From Thermodesulfobacteriota bacterium (GTDB taxonomy: Bacteria; Desulfobacterota; DSM-4660; Desulfatiglandales; Desulfatiglandaceae): a stretch of DNA of 32,323 nt. Below the pieces are notes generated by a model. The model was not told the origin of the DNA. It searched no databases and saw nothing but the letters and a program-made list of their open reading frames with translations. The translations under genes and the position numbers were made by a program. The stretch covers positions 1-32,323 of the forward strand of contig JAXHTA010000001.1 of assembly GCA_034190285.1 (NCBI GenBank). The letters run 5' to 3'. This document shows, piece by piece, positions 1-8,338 of this stretch (positions within the stretch are counted from its first letter, which is position 1; each line of letters begins with the position of its first letter).

Positions 1-156
1 AGTTCGCCCTGGAGCACATTGACTCAAGCGACATCGCCGCGCTGACCCCAGAGGCCTCCAGAGTGAGCGGTATTCCACTGGTATCAGACCTGGATAGAGA
101 AGAGGCCGCGAGGATACTGGAGCGGGAGATTTGAGAGTTCGGAAATCCCGGGAGAA

Positions 157-1635
157 ATGGATGCCCTTGTAGGTGAATGGCGTGAGAAAATGATTGAAAA
201 CATCGTTGAAGCCAGCGACGAACTCATGGAAAAGTATTTGGAGGGGGAAGAGCTTTCCGTTGCCGAGATCGAAGAGACTCTCTGGGAGGGTATCAAATCG
301 GGAACGCTGGTTCCCGTGATTTGCGGCTCTTCTGTGCTGAATATAGGTGTCCCTCACTTAATGGATCTTATCATCCAGGGACTCCCATCTCCGATCGAGA
401 AAAGACCCAGAAAGGGGACCGAACCCGGTAGTGAAGAAGTCGCTGAAAGGCCGCCCACTCCCGACGCTCCTTTTTCCTCGCTTGTTTTTAAAACCGTTGC
501 TGACCCCTTTGCGGGCAGGCTTACCCTGATGAGGGTTTTTTCAGGCACGATTCAATCCGATTCAACCCTTCATAACGCCAACAAGAATATCAAAGAAAAA
601 ATGGGCCAGCTGCTTCTCATGGAAGGTAAACAGCAGCATCCGGTGGAAAAGGCCGGTCCTGGAGATATTGTCGCCATAGCGAAGCTAAAAGAGACATCTA
701 CAGGGGATACCCTGTGTTCGGCAAATGATCCCATCATTTACAGGCCGTCTGAACCCCTCCCACCCGTCATATCCTATGCGGTTGAGGCAAAGATTAAAGG
801 TAGTGAAGACAAGGTCTTTGCCTCTCTAGCCAAACTTCTTGAGGAAGATCCTACACTCAGGCTGGAGAGGGACCAGTCCACATCCGAGATCGTGCTCTCA
901 GGTACTGGGCAGATACACCTGGAGACCACTTGCGAAAAGCTGAACCGAAAATTCGGGGTCGAGGTCAACCTCAATCCCGTTAAGGTGCCCTACAGGGAAA
1001 CCATCAAGAAATCTGTTCAAAAGGTTATTTATCGCCACAAGAAACAAACAGGCGGTCGCGGACAATTTGCCGAGGTGCATTTTGATGTCTCTCCATTGGA
1101 AAGGGGAGTGGGCTTTGAATTCCAGGATGCCTTGACAGGCATGAATGTTCCCAGGAGTTTTGTGCCCGCCGTGGAGAAAGGCCTTAATGAAGCACTCCAA
1201 AGGGGTATACTCGCAGGCTACCCCGTGGTGGATCTGAAGGTCCGTTTCTATGACGGCAAGTCCCATGACGTGGACTCGTCGGAGATGGCGTTCAAGATAG
1301 CAGCCAGCATGTGTCTTAAAAAGGCCGTTCAGGAGGCTAGTCCTACTTTGCTCGAGCCCATTTTGAAAATGGAGGTTACTGTCCCGGAGGAGGTTTTAGG
1401 GGATGTTATGGGCGATCTGAACGGCCGGCGGGGAAGGGTAATAGGGATGGGCAGCCAGGGCAGGTATCAGGTGATCAAGGCCCAGGTTCCAATGGCCGAG
1501 GTCTTGCAGTACGCCCTTGATCTCAATTCGATTACGGGTGGCAGGGGGTCATTTAGTGTGGAGCGCTCCCATTACGAAGAAGTCCCTGGTCAACTGGCGG
1601 AAAAAGTGATCTCAGCTGCCCAAGAAAAAGAGTAG
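157..1635 (+). CDS. fusA: Elongation factor G family protein, C-terminal ~70% only (end of G' subdomain plus domains II-V); no GTPase domain in frame
   Basis: 492-aa ORF with the canonical EF-G blocks in order: EIPGEMDALVGEWREKMIE, ELMEKYLEGEEL, LPSP, GDTLC, YRETI, KQTGGRGQFAEV, SHDVDSSEMAFKIA, ITGGRGSF. Frame-1 stops at 43-45 and 64-66 prevent an in-frame upstream G domain. Confidence 0.8.
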   Translation: MDALVGEWREKMIENIVEASDELMEKYLEGEELSVAEIEETLWEGIKSGTLVPVICGSSVLNIGVPHLMDLIIQGLPSPIEKRPRKGTEPGSEEVAERPPTPDAPFSSLVFKTVADPFAGRLTLMRVFSGTIQSDSTLHNANKNIKEKMGQLLLMEGKQQHPVEKAGPGDIVAIAKLKETSTGDTLCSANDPIIYRPSEPLPPVISYAVEAKIKGSEDKVFASLAKLLEEDPTLRLERDQSTSEIVLSGTGQIHLETTCEKLNRKFGVEVNLNPVKVPYRETIKKSVQKVIYRHKKQTGGRGQFAEVHFDVSPLERGVGFEFQDALTGMNVPRSFVPAVEKGLNEALQRGILAGYPVVDLKVRFYDGKSHDVDSSEMAFKIAASMCLKKAVQEASPTLLEPILKMEVTVPEEVLGDVMGDLNGRRGRVIGMGSQGRYQVIKAQVPMAEVLQYALDLNSITGGRGSFSVERSHYEEVPGQLAEKVISAAQEKE

Positions 1636-1656
1636 AGGTATGTTTAAGGATGGATA

Positions 1657-2154
1657 ATGGATAGACAAATCAAGGCGGCCGTCCTCACAATCAGTGATAA
1701 AGGAGCCCGGGGGTTAAGGAAGGATGAGAGCGGCGAAGCCATCGTCAAGATCCTCGAGGACCACGGCTTTTTGTATGTGAGGAAAAAGATCGTCCCGGAT
1801 GACCCCGGACAAATTGCCGATACGATTAGGGAGTGGGTCGACAAGGACCGGCTGCCCCTGGTCGTCACATCCGGCGGAACCGGGCTCAGCCCCACGGATG
1901 TCACTCCACAGGCCATGAAAGAAGTTATTGATTATGAGGTGCCCGGTATGGCAGAGGCCATGCGTGCGGACGGTTTGAAAAAGACACCGCACGCTATGAT
2001 TTCCAGGGCCATGGTCGGCGTGAGGCACTCATGTCTTATCATCAACCTTCCCGGCAGTTTGGGTGGAGCGAGGGACAATCTTTTGGTGGTATTGCCAGCT
2101 CTGGATCACGCCCTTGCAAAACTGGCCGGAGATCCTTCGGACTGTGGAACATAA
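1657..2154 (+). CDS. mog: Molybdopterin adenylyltransferase / molybdenum cofactor biosynthesis protein (MogA/MoaB family)
   Basis: 165 aa. Contains AAVLTISDKG, VVTSGGTGLSPTDVTPQA, MISRAMVGV and INLPGS, which is colinear with E. coli MogA. Confidence 0.85.
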   Translation: MDRQIKAAVLTISDKGARGLRKDESGEAIVKILEDHGFLYVRKKIVPDDPGQIADTIREWVDKDRLPLVVTSGGTGLSPTDVTPQAMKEVIDYEVPGMAEAMRADGLKKTPHAMISRAMVGVRHSCLIINLPGSLGGARDNLLVVLPALDHALAKLAGDPSDCGT

Positions 2155-2223
2155 GAAAACGGGTGCGGTACTATTCCCGATTGTTTCCTAATTCCATGCT
2201 CGAAGGTTTTGGTCCTTTTTCAC

Positions 2224-2253
2224 TTGACGTTTGGCGGAGTTATGTCTTATGGT
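2224..2253 (+). promoter_or_regulatory. Possible sigma-70 promoter for the cold-shock gene
   Basis: TTGACG (2224-2229), 18-nt spacer, TATGGT (2248-2253). This would give a ~115-nt 5' UTR, which is typical for cspA-type genes. Motif match only. Confidence 0.3.
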
Positions 2254-2375
2254 GCAAACCTTGATCGCAGGGTGTCCCCTAAACTGGTTTTGCGCTTGAA
2301 AATCGTTTTTTTGCCAACGTGACGACCTAAGGCTTGGAACCACGACAGAAAGGTATTTGAAAGGAGTTCAGCGCT

Positions 2376-2576
2376 ATGGCAGAAGGAATCGTAAAATGGT
2401 TTAGTGATAAAAGAGGTTTTGGCTTCATTGAGCAGGAAGAGGGTCAGGACTTGTTTGTTCATTTTTCCGCCATCAGTACCTCTGGATTCAAGACCCTCTC
2501 TGAGGGTGACCGGGTGAGCTTTGAGGTGGAAGAAAGCGACCGGGGACCTAAGGCCAAGAACGTTGTGATACTCTGA
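2376..2576 (+). CDS. Cold-shock protein, CspA family (CSD/OB fold)
   Basis: 66 aa. [15 protein letters not shown] (RNP1) and DLFVHFSAI (RNP2) are textbook CspA motifs. GGAG lies upstream of the ATG. Confidence 0.95.
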   Translation: MAEGIVKWFSDKRGFGFIEQEEGQDLFVHFSAISTSGFKTLSEGDRVSFEVEESDRGPKAKNVVIL

Positions 2577-2600
2577 TTTTCAGTTACATATAGTGCATAC

Positions 2601-2636
2601 GGGCATCTTGTTGAGACGGGATGCCTTTTTATTTTT
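2601..2636 (+). terminator. Rho-independent terminator after csp
   Basis: GGCATC (2602-2607) pairs with GATGCC (2620-2625), followed by TTTTTATTTTT. Confidence 0.6.
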
Positions 2637-3063
2637 CCGGGCGTCCAGGTAGAGGAGGTCCCCGTAATTCTGTAATTGACTCCAAACACCCGGCGCCTTC
2701 AAATCGGGCATTAGGCCTGATTGGGGCACTACTGTTTATGTAGCTGGCGTGCGGACTGATGGGTTTTTATACCGATGACAAGCCGGTCATCATCATTTTG
2801 TATGGCGCAGCATATTGAAAATGCCGTGGAGGTACTTATATTTACTGTGTAAAGGAAACTAGGGTTTTTCGTCGAGATCGCGTCGGTCGAAAATTTTAAA
2901 CGCAGGAATATATTGGAATATTTCGAGGATTAAGATTTGAGTCCAACGAAGATATAGGCGAAAAAGACGGTTTTCGTTCGGGCACTATTTAAGCATTGAC
3001 AAAATGAAAAAACTATAACATGTTTCCATGTTCACGGTCTGGGGCGTGAGCCAATAGCAGAAC

Positions 3064-3140
3064 GGCGGTGTAGCTCAGTTGGTCAGAGCATACGGCTCAT
3101 ATCCGTAGAGTCACTGGTTCAAATCCAGTCACCGCCACCA
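3064..3140 (+). tRNA. tRNA-Met (anticodon CAT), probably elongator
   Basis: 77-nt cloverleaf. Acceptor stem GGCGGTG/CACCGCC, D-arm TAGCTCAGTTGGTCAGAGCA, anticodon stem TACGG/CCGTA with loop CTCATAT, T-arm ACTGG-TTCAAAT-CCAGT, and an encoded CCA. The G1-C72 pair and the lack of a GGG/CCC anticodon stem argue against an initiator. tRNA-Ile2 (lysidine) is not excluded. Confidence 0.9.
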
Positions 3141-3151
3141 CAAGACAAGCA

Positions 3152-3682
3152 ATGGCGTTTAATTCTTTTAGAAATCATGACCTGGTAATAGTCAGTGATG
3201 CCCTTGACATTGCGGAGGATGCAACGGCTAATTTCTATAAATTCTCCTTAGGGCAGTGGAACAGGCACAGGTATGACGTAAGGACTCTTTCGTCTTTGCA
3301 GGATAATGAAATAAGGCAACATACGTTTGCATTGTTGAGCAAGGCTTCCAAGGAGGTTGTAGGCTTTGAGTCTGATTCCAGAGACCGCGATTTCTATTTA
3401 ATATGTCTCCAAGACCACCACATATTGGAGGCCTTAAAGAGGGACAAAGAACTCGGGCTTCTGGCTCTCCTCGTTTACGTCCTGACGCATGAACTTGTTC
3501 ATATTGTGAGGTTCTGTAATTTCTTTAAGAGATTTGATGTCTCAGGAAAGGAAAAGGAGGAAGAAGAAAAGGTTGTTCATGCAACTACCTTTGAGATATT
3601 AAAAGGCTTCTCACTACCTGCGCTGGATTATGTCCTCGGAGCTTATAGAGACCACAGGTTTTGCGGTATGGCTACTGTTTAG
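3152..3682 (+). CDS. Hypothetical protein with HExxH motif (THELVHIVRF)
   Basis: 176-aa ORF with coding-like composition and a single HELVH motif followed by an acidic stretch. I recognise no family. The ATG lies 12 nt after the tRNA CCA and has no obvious SD. Confidence 0.55.
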   Translation: MAFNSFRNHDLVIVSDALDIAEDATANFYKFSLGQWNRHRYDVRTLSSLQDNEIRQHTFALLSKASKEVVGFESDSRDRDFYLICLQDHHILEALKRDKELGLLALLVYVLTHELVHIVRFCNFFKRFDVSGKEKEEEEKVVHATTFEILKGFSLPALDYVLGAYRDHRFCGMATV

Positions 3683-3717
3683 TTCGTTGAGAAGCCGCGT
3701 GATGGAGGTTATCAGAA

Positions 3718-4044
3718 GTGCCAGTTTACGAATATGAATGCACGAAATGCGGAAATAATACAGAGGTTTTCCAAAAATTTTCCGATTTGCCCGTTACCGA
3801 ATGTGAATTGTGTCACGGCAAGATGAAGAAGCTCATCTCCCAAAGTACCTTTCACCTGAAGGGGACCGGATGGTATGTCACTGATTATGCTTCGAAGTCT
3901 ACGGAAAGGGAGGGGAGCACATCCAAGTCCTCAGAGAAACTGCAGGAGAGTTCAAACACAGACAAGCAGGGTTCGAAAACCGAGGCAAAGGAATCCACGG
4001 AGGGTGGAGAAAAAAAGGATTCCTCTCAGCCAACAACGGACTGA
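3718..4044 (+). CDS. FmdB-family zinc-ribbon protein (CxxC...CxxC) with Ser/Glu/Lys-rich tail
   Basis: MPVYEYECTKCG...TECELCHG...LKGTGWY is the FmdB/TIGR02605-type signature. GTG start is preceded by GGAGG. Confidence 0.85.
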   Translation: MPVYEYECTKCGNNTEVFQKFSDLPVTECELCHGKMKKLISQSTFHLKGTGWYVTDYASKSTEREGSTSKSSEKLQESSNTDKQGSKTEAKESTEGGEKKDSSQPTTD

Positions 4045-4222
4045 AATATCCGGCAATACGATATGTTCAAAACGTAGCATATTTCCCCGGTGCGGTTAGT
4101 CCAGTGAGGGCTGGATCATCCGCCTTGATGCGGACGAGTATCCCTGGTTTTCGTTCAGGCAGTTAGTAGTGAGGATATCTCACGTTTTATTAAACTTATT
4201 GAGAATTTGCCAAAGGTAGTCT

Positions 4223-4768
4223 ATGCAGACTAGATATAGCGGGAGAGTACAGGACAAAATCATAAACAAGCTTGAAAGGCAGGAAAGGCAGCAGGCCTTC
4301 AAAAAAGACAGGCTTTTCAGGTTCAAACTCCCCGAAATCCATAACAGACTGTCTCAGACACTGCTGATGGAAAAGATCATTGAAACAGACGACCCGGCCG
4401 CCGTCTCCGACGCAATCCTCTTGGGTCTGAAAAAGGCGCTTAGAAGCTCGGAATTCGACTTTAGCTACTTTATTGCACCGATTCGTAACCTCGTTCCCCG
4501 CGCGAATTCTTATTCACTGTATATGAGTCAGTACATTTTAGAGGTCCTTATAAATGATCCCAATGTTATTGAGGTCTATGGTACGGACGAGGATATCTAC
4601 CGGGTCGTGGACAAGGTCTTTAGTGAGATCAGCACCAGATTTGAACAGGCTGAAGAGGAAGTTGTGGCGCAACTGTCACGCAATAAGTCCCTTGTGGAGG
4701 GATCCAGAGAATATGAAATAGCACTGGATCAGCTTATGCGTGAGAAAGTGGGGGAGCCTCAAAAGTGA
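4223..4768 (+). CDS. Hypothetical protein (possibly DUF507-like; not verifiable here)
   Basis: 181-aa ORF with coding-like composition. No motif that I can assign with certainty. Confidence 0.55.
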   Translation: MQTRYSGRVQDKIINKLERQERQQAFKKDRLFRFKLPEIHNRLSQTLLMEKIIETDDPAAVSDAILLGLKKALRSSEFDFSYFIAPIRNLVPRANSYSLYMSQYILEVLINDPNVIEVYGTDEDIYRVVDKVFSEISTRFEQAEEEVVAQLSRNKSLVEGSREYEIALDQLMREKVGEPQK

Positions 4769-4940
4769 TTTTGTCTAACCAACCCCGGATACCCTGAATG
4801 GGTCCGCAAAAGGCTTGGGGAGACGGAATATCCTTTCATGGCGTTTGGGTGGCGTGATACGCCAGGTCTGTTCAACAAGATAAAGGCAGTTTCCGTTAGG
4901 CCGCGACGTTGTTTTTCAACGTATCCTCCAGGAATTTTCA

Positions 4941-5879
4941 ATGCCCGAAAAAACCGCATTTCTGTTTCCCGGCCAGGGTTCGCAATTTGTTGGCATGGGC
5001 CGGGATATGTTAGACCAGTTTCCAGCAGCAAAGGATATTTTTGGCGAGGTGGATGAAATTTGCGGAAGGCCTATCTCAAGGCTCTGTTTTGAGGGGCCCA
5101 TGGATGAATTGACGCTCACCGAGAATCTCCAGCCCGCCATTACTGCCGTGAATCTGGCCTGCCTGGCAGCGTTGAATAACTCAGGAGTCGGTCCAGCGGT
5201 TTCTGCCGGACACAGCTTAGGGGAATATGCCGCGCTGGCCTCCTCGGGCGTAGTCAGTAGCTACGATGCCCTCCGGCTTGCCCAGAAAAGGGGTGCGTTG
5301 ATGCACAGGGAGGCCCTGGCAAATCCCGGGGGCATGGCTGCTATAATAGGCATGGATATCGACGCAGTCCAGACGATTGTGGACCTGGCGGGAGACAAAG
5401 ACATACTGTCTGTGGCAAATCATAACACCGCTGAACAGATCGTGATCACGGGCGAAAAAAGGCCTCTTTCTCGGGCTATTCAACTGGTGAAGGAAAAAAA
5501 GGGCAGGGCTGTCCCTTTAAAGGTCAGCGGCGCATGGCACAGCGACCTCATGAAAGGCGCGGTAAACGAGTTCCGACGATTTATGGAAGATATTCCATTT
5601 TCAAGGCCTGAATTTCCAGTCCTGTTCAACGCCACAGCAAAGAGCGAAACAGACCCTGAGAGCATAAAAGACATAATGGCCATGCAACTCGTGAACCCGG
5701 TCAAATGGTATGACATAATAGTGAACATGTTGAATGACGGTATAGAGCTATTTGTGGAAGTGGGGCCTAAGAAGGTTTTGACCGGTCTACTGAAGAAGAT
5801 TCTCCCTCAAGGAAAGGATGTTGGAGTCTATAATGTGGAAGATACCCAGGGCCTGGGTTTATTCCTGAAAGAATCTTGA
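4941..5879 (+). CDS. fabD: Malonyl-CoA:ACP transacylase
   Basis: FLFPGQGSQFVGMG, the GHSLGEYAAL active-site Ser motif, and VSGAWHS. The 312-aa length is canonical. Confidence 0.95.
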   Translation: MPEKTAFLFPGQGSQFVGMGRDMLDQFPAAKDIFGEVDEICGRPISRLCFEGPMDELTLTENLQPAITAVNLACLAALNNSGVGPAVSAGHSLGEYAALASSGVVSSYDALRLAQKRGALMHREALANPGGMAAIIGMDIDAVQTIVDLAGDKDILSVANHNTAEQIVITGEKRPLSRAIQLVKEKKGRAVPLKVSGAWHSDLMKGAVNEFRRFMEDIPFSRPEFPVLFNATAKSETDPESIKDIMAMQLVNPVKWYDIIVNMLNDGIELFVEVGPKKVLTGLLKKILPQGKDVGVYNVEDTQGLGLFLKES

Positions 5880-6404
5880 CTACGTTTTCTTCCAACGTTT
5901 CTCCCGGCCGAGCAGGTACCTTTTCACCTCAATGCCGCTGCTGAAACCACCGAGACCTTCGGCGGCAACAACTCTGTGTCAGGGAAAGACTAACGGCAAT
6001 GGGTTACTACCCAAGGCCTGGCCTACGGCCCTTGCACCGCCGGCTTTCCCAACCATAAGCCCGACCTCTCCATAACGCCTTGTTTCTCCGAAAGGTATAG
6101 CTTTTATAGCGTTGAGTACCCTCCATTGAAACTGTGTGCAGGAAAAGGCCCGATCAAAGCCACCCCGGTGCCTCTTGTTCGTCAGGGCGGCCTCAACTAC
6201 TTGCACGATCTGCCTGTTGAAATGATAATCCTTGACCAGCCTGGTGTTCGGGAATAGCCCTCTGAAGAAGTCTATGCAATCAGCTTGTTTTTTCAGCGTG
6301 AGCCCTATTCTGAGCGCCCCTTCTCTTTTTGAGGCAAGATATACGTTCAGATCCCCCGCTGATATTTCCCAGCAGTAGACTTCCGGTACATTCGTCCCTG
6401 CCAT
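5880..6404 (-). CDS. ogt: Methylated-DNA--protein-cysteine methyltransferase (Ogt/MGMT) with in-frame UGA at the catalytic position; candidate selenoprotein (174 aa, U142), or else a nonsense pseudogene
   Basis: The tracked ORF 5979..6404 ends ...GARAVGQALGSNPLPLVFP, then TGA at 5979-5981. Reading on gives HRVVAAEGLGGFSSGIEVKRYLLGREKRWKKT, ending at TAG 5880-5882. Together this reconstitutes the P-[C]-HRV active site and the MGMT C-terminus. A SECIS-like hairpin follows the UGA. Confidence 0.7.
5946..5966 (-). promoter_or_regulatory. Candidate bacterial SECIS hairpin
   Basis: The mRNA reads GCCGCCGA-AGGUC-UCGGUGGU. This is an 8-bp stem (2 G-U pairs) with an apical loop containing GGUC. It starts 12 nt after the UGA, and GGU sits at +25..+27 from the U of UGA. 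Confidence 0.55.
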
Positions 6405-7291
6405 GTCTTTTCCCTTTCCAGTCTCTCGCGGATAAGTCTCAGGTTCGTGGTCTTTTCATTCGCCCACAGGGGGGCTACAAGTTCGGATTTCAGAGGGTCT
6501 CCTGTCAGTCTCTGGATTACCGTAGCAGGGCTGAGAAGCTCCAGAAAGCCCACGACCAGGTCCACATACTCCTCTCTTTGAAGACAGCGAAATTCCCCTT
6601 GCTTATACCACGCGGCCAGATGTGTCCCCTCAACAACATAGAGGAGATGGATCTTGACGCCATGGACCGGCAGATCCGAAAGAAGGCGTGCGGTCTGTAA
6701 CATCATCGCACGGTCTTCACCTGGTAGGCCCAATATTATGTGCGCACATACATTCAAGCCCGATTCACTGGCCATAACGACGCTACGCTCAAAACAGTCC
6801 ACATCGTGGCCCCGATTAATCCGGTCAAGGGTCAAGTCATGGGCAGACTGCAAGCCGTATTCGACCCAAACTAGGTGATCTTTTTTATAAGAACACAATA
6901 GCTTCAAGACATCCGGATCTATACAATCCGGCCTTGTTGAGACCGACAGACCTACCATGTCATCGTAGGCCAAAGCCTGATCATAGAGCGCTTTCAGTCT
7001 GGGGATAGGGGCATAAGTATTGGTAAAGGACTGGAAGTAGGCGATGAATTTCTTAGCGCCATACCGCTTCTGAATAAACCGGCGAGCCTTGGCAATTTGT
7101 TGGTCTATGGAAAGCCCATGATCTATGAATGAGCCCGTACCTGAACCGCGAGGATCACAAAAGACGCAACCTTTGTCGGAAATGCTTCCATCACGATTGG
7201 GGCAGTTCAAGCCGGCATCCAGGGGTATCTTTTGAACACGTTCCCCGAATATCTCCTTTAAATAGCCATTGAAATCGCGATATCTTTTCAA
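6347..7291 (-). CDS. Radical SAM protein, TIGR01212/YhcC family
   Basis: 314 aa. Contains KIPLDAGLNCPNRDGSISDKGCVFCD (CxxxxxxxxxxxCxxC-type cluster region) and overall colinearity with the YhcC family. Confidence 0.85.
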   Translation of the reverse strand: MKRYRDFNGYLKEIFGERVQKIPLDAGLNCPNRDGSISDKGCVFCDPRGSGTGSFIDHGLSIDQQIAKARRFIQKRYGAKKFIAYFQSFTNTYAPIPRLKALYDQALAYDDMVGLSVSTRPDCIDPDVLKLLCSYKKDHLVWVEYGLQSAHDLTLDRINRGHDVDCFERSVVMASESGLNVCAHIILGLPGEDRAMMLQTARLLSDLPVHGVKIHLLYVVEGTHLAAWYKQGEFRCLQREEYVDLVVGFLELLSPATVIQRLTGDPLKSELVAPLWANEKTTNLRLIRERLEREKTWQGRMYRKSTAGKYQRGI

Positions 7292-8322
7292 TGCAGCAAG
7301 GCCTTGATGCCCTTTCCAAAAGGCGGCCTTATTATTCCTTTCTCAGTGATGATTGCTGAGACATACCTGGCGGGTGTGATGTCAAAGGCTGGATTAAGGA
7401 TACGCACCCCTGAAGGTCCTAATTCAAGTCTTCCAAATCTACATATTTCTTCGGCGCCCCTTTCTTCCACCGGGATCAAATCGCCGTTCTTGACCTTGGG
7501 GTCAATTGTGGAAAGAGGGGCGGCCACGTAAAATGGGATGTTATTCGTTTTGGCCAGCACAGCTACCTGGTAAGTGCCTATTTTGTTGGCAACGTCACCG
7601 TTTGCGGCAATTCTGTCAGCCCCCGTGATCACGAGGTCAATCGCTTTCTTGCGCATCAGCGATCCGGCGGCGTTGTCGGCAATAACTGAAACAGGGATTC
7701 CATCTTCCGTCAACTCGAACGCCGTAAGCCTGAGGCCTTGCAGCCACGGTCTGGTTTCGTCGGCAATGACTTCGATTTTTTTTCCATTGTCAAAGGCCGC
7801 ACGTATCACGCCCAGTGCCGTCCCGTAACCAGCAGTGGCCAATGAACCTGCGTTACAGTGGGTGAGTATGGTCGATCCGTCCGGAACAAGGATCTGCCCA
7901 TTTCTACCCATACTTCGGTTGATTTCTATATCCTCGGCCAGGATGTCCTCAGACTCCTTTTTTAGGGCCAACCTAATGTCTTCCAACGGCTTATCGAGGA
8001 TATCTGCCACCAGGCTCTTCATCCTTTCGACAGACCACCTCAAATTCACGGCAGTAGGACGGGCAAGGAGCATCTCTTCGGCTATCTCATCAAACCTGCG
8101 AATAAATCCGGCTTTGGACCTTGCCCTGATGGAATAAGCACCCAGGGCCAAACCCATAGCGGCCGCAACGCCAATGGCGGGAGCACCACGGATAACCATC
8201 CTCTGGATGCCCTTGATGACGTCCTTGTATCCCCTGCAGATATACCAGTCAATTCTGGACGGTATCTTCCTCTGGTCAATCATACGGATATGATCGCCGT
8301 ACCATTCGATAGTGGGGACCAT
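7288..8322 (-). CDS. mtnA: S-methyl-5-thioribose-1-phosphate isomerase (eIF-2B alpha/beta/delta family)
   Basis: 344 aa. Contains RGAPAIGVAAA, RPTAVNL, THCNAG, GTALGV, ETRP.LQG.RLTA.EL, GADRIAANGD.ANKIGTY and NPAFDITP. Confidence 0.9.
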   Translation of the reverse strand: MVPTIEWYGDHIRMIDQRKIPSRIDWYICRGYKDVIKGIQRMVIRGAPAIGVAAAMGLALGAYSIRARSKAGFIRRFDEIAEEMLLARPTAVNLRWSVERMKSLVADILDKPLEDIRLALKKESEDILAEDIEINRSMGRNGQILVPDGSTILTHCNAGSLATAGYGTALGVIRAAFDNGKKIEVIADETRPWLQGLRLTAFELTEDGIPVSVIADNAAGSLMRKKAIDLVITGADRIAANGDVANKIGTYQVAVLAKTNNIPFYVAAPLSTIDPKVKNGDLIPVEERGAEEICRFGRLELGPSGVRILNPAFDITPARYVSAIITEKGIIRPPFGKGIKALLH

Positions 8323-8338
8323 CTGATAACCTCTTGAA

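Noticed and set aside
3064-3140. tRNA(CAT) as initiator tRNA-fMet
   Set aside because: Positions 1-72 form a normal G-C pair, and the anticodon stem lacks the three consecutive G-C pairs characteristic of bacterial initiators. Ile2 (lysidine) cannot be distinguished from elongator Met by eye.
3875-4099. 74-aa ORF overlapping the FmdB tail in another frame
   Set aside because: It is an Arg-rich off-frame product of the Ser/Glu/Lys-rich tail region and has no independent start signals.
5979-5981. TGA in ogt treated as a plain stop (141-aa truncated MGMT, as in the ORF track)
   Set aside because: A protein ending one residue before its catalytic Cys would be inactive. The preserved downstream frame with MGMT consensus residues and the SECIS-like hairpin make recoding more plausible. 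A pseudogene remains the stated alternative.
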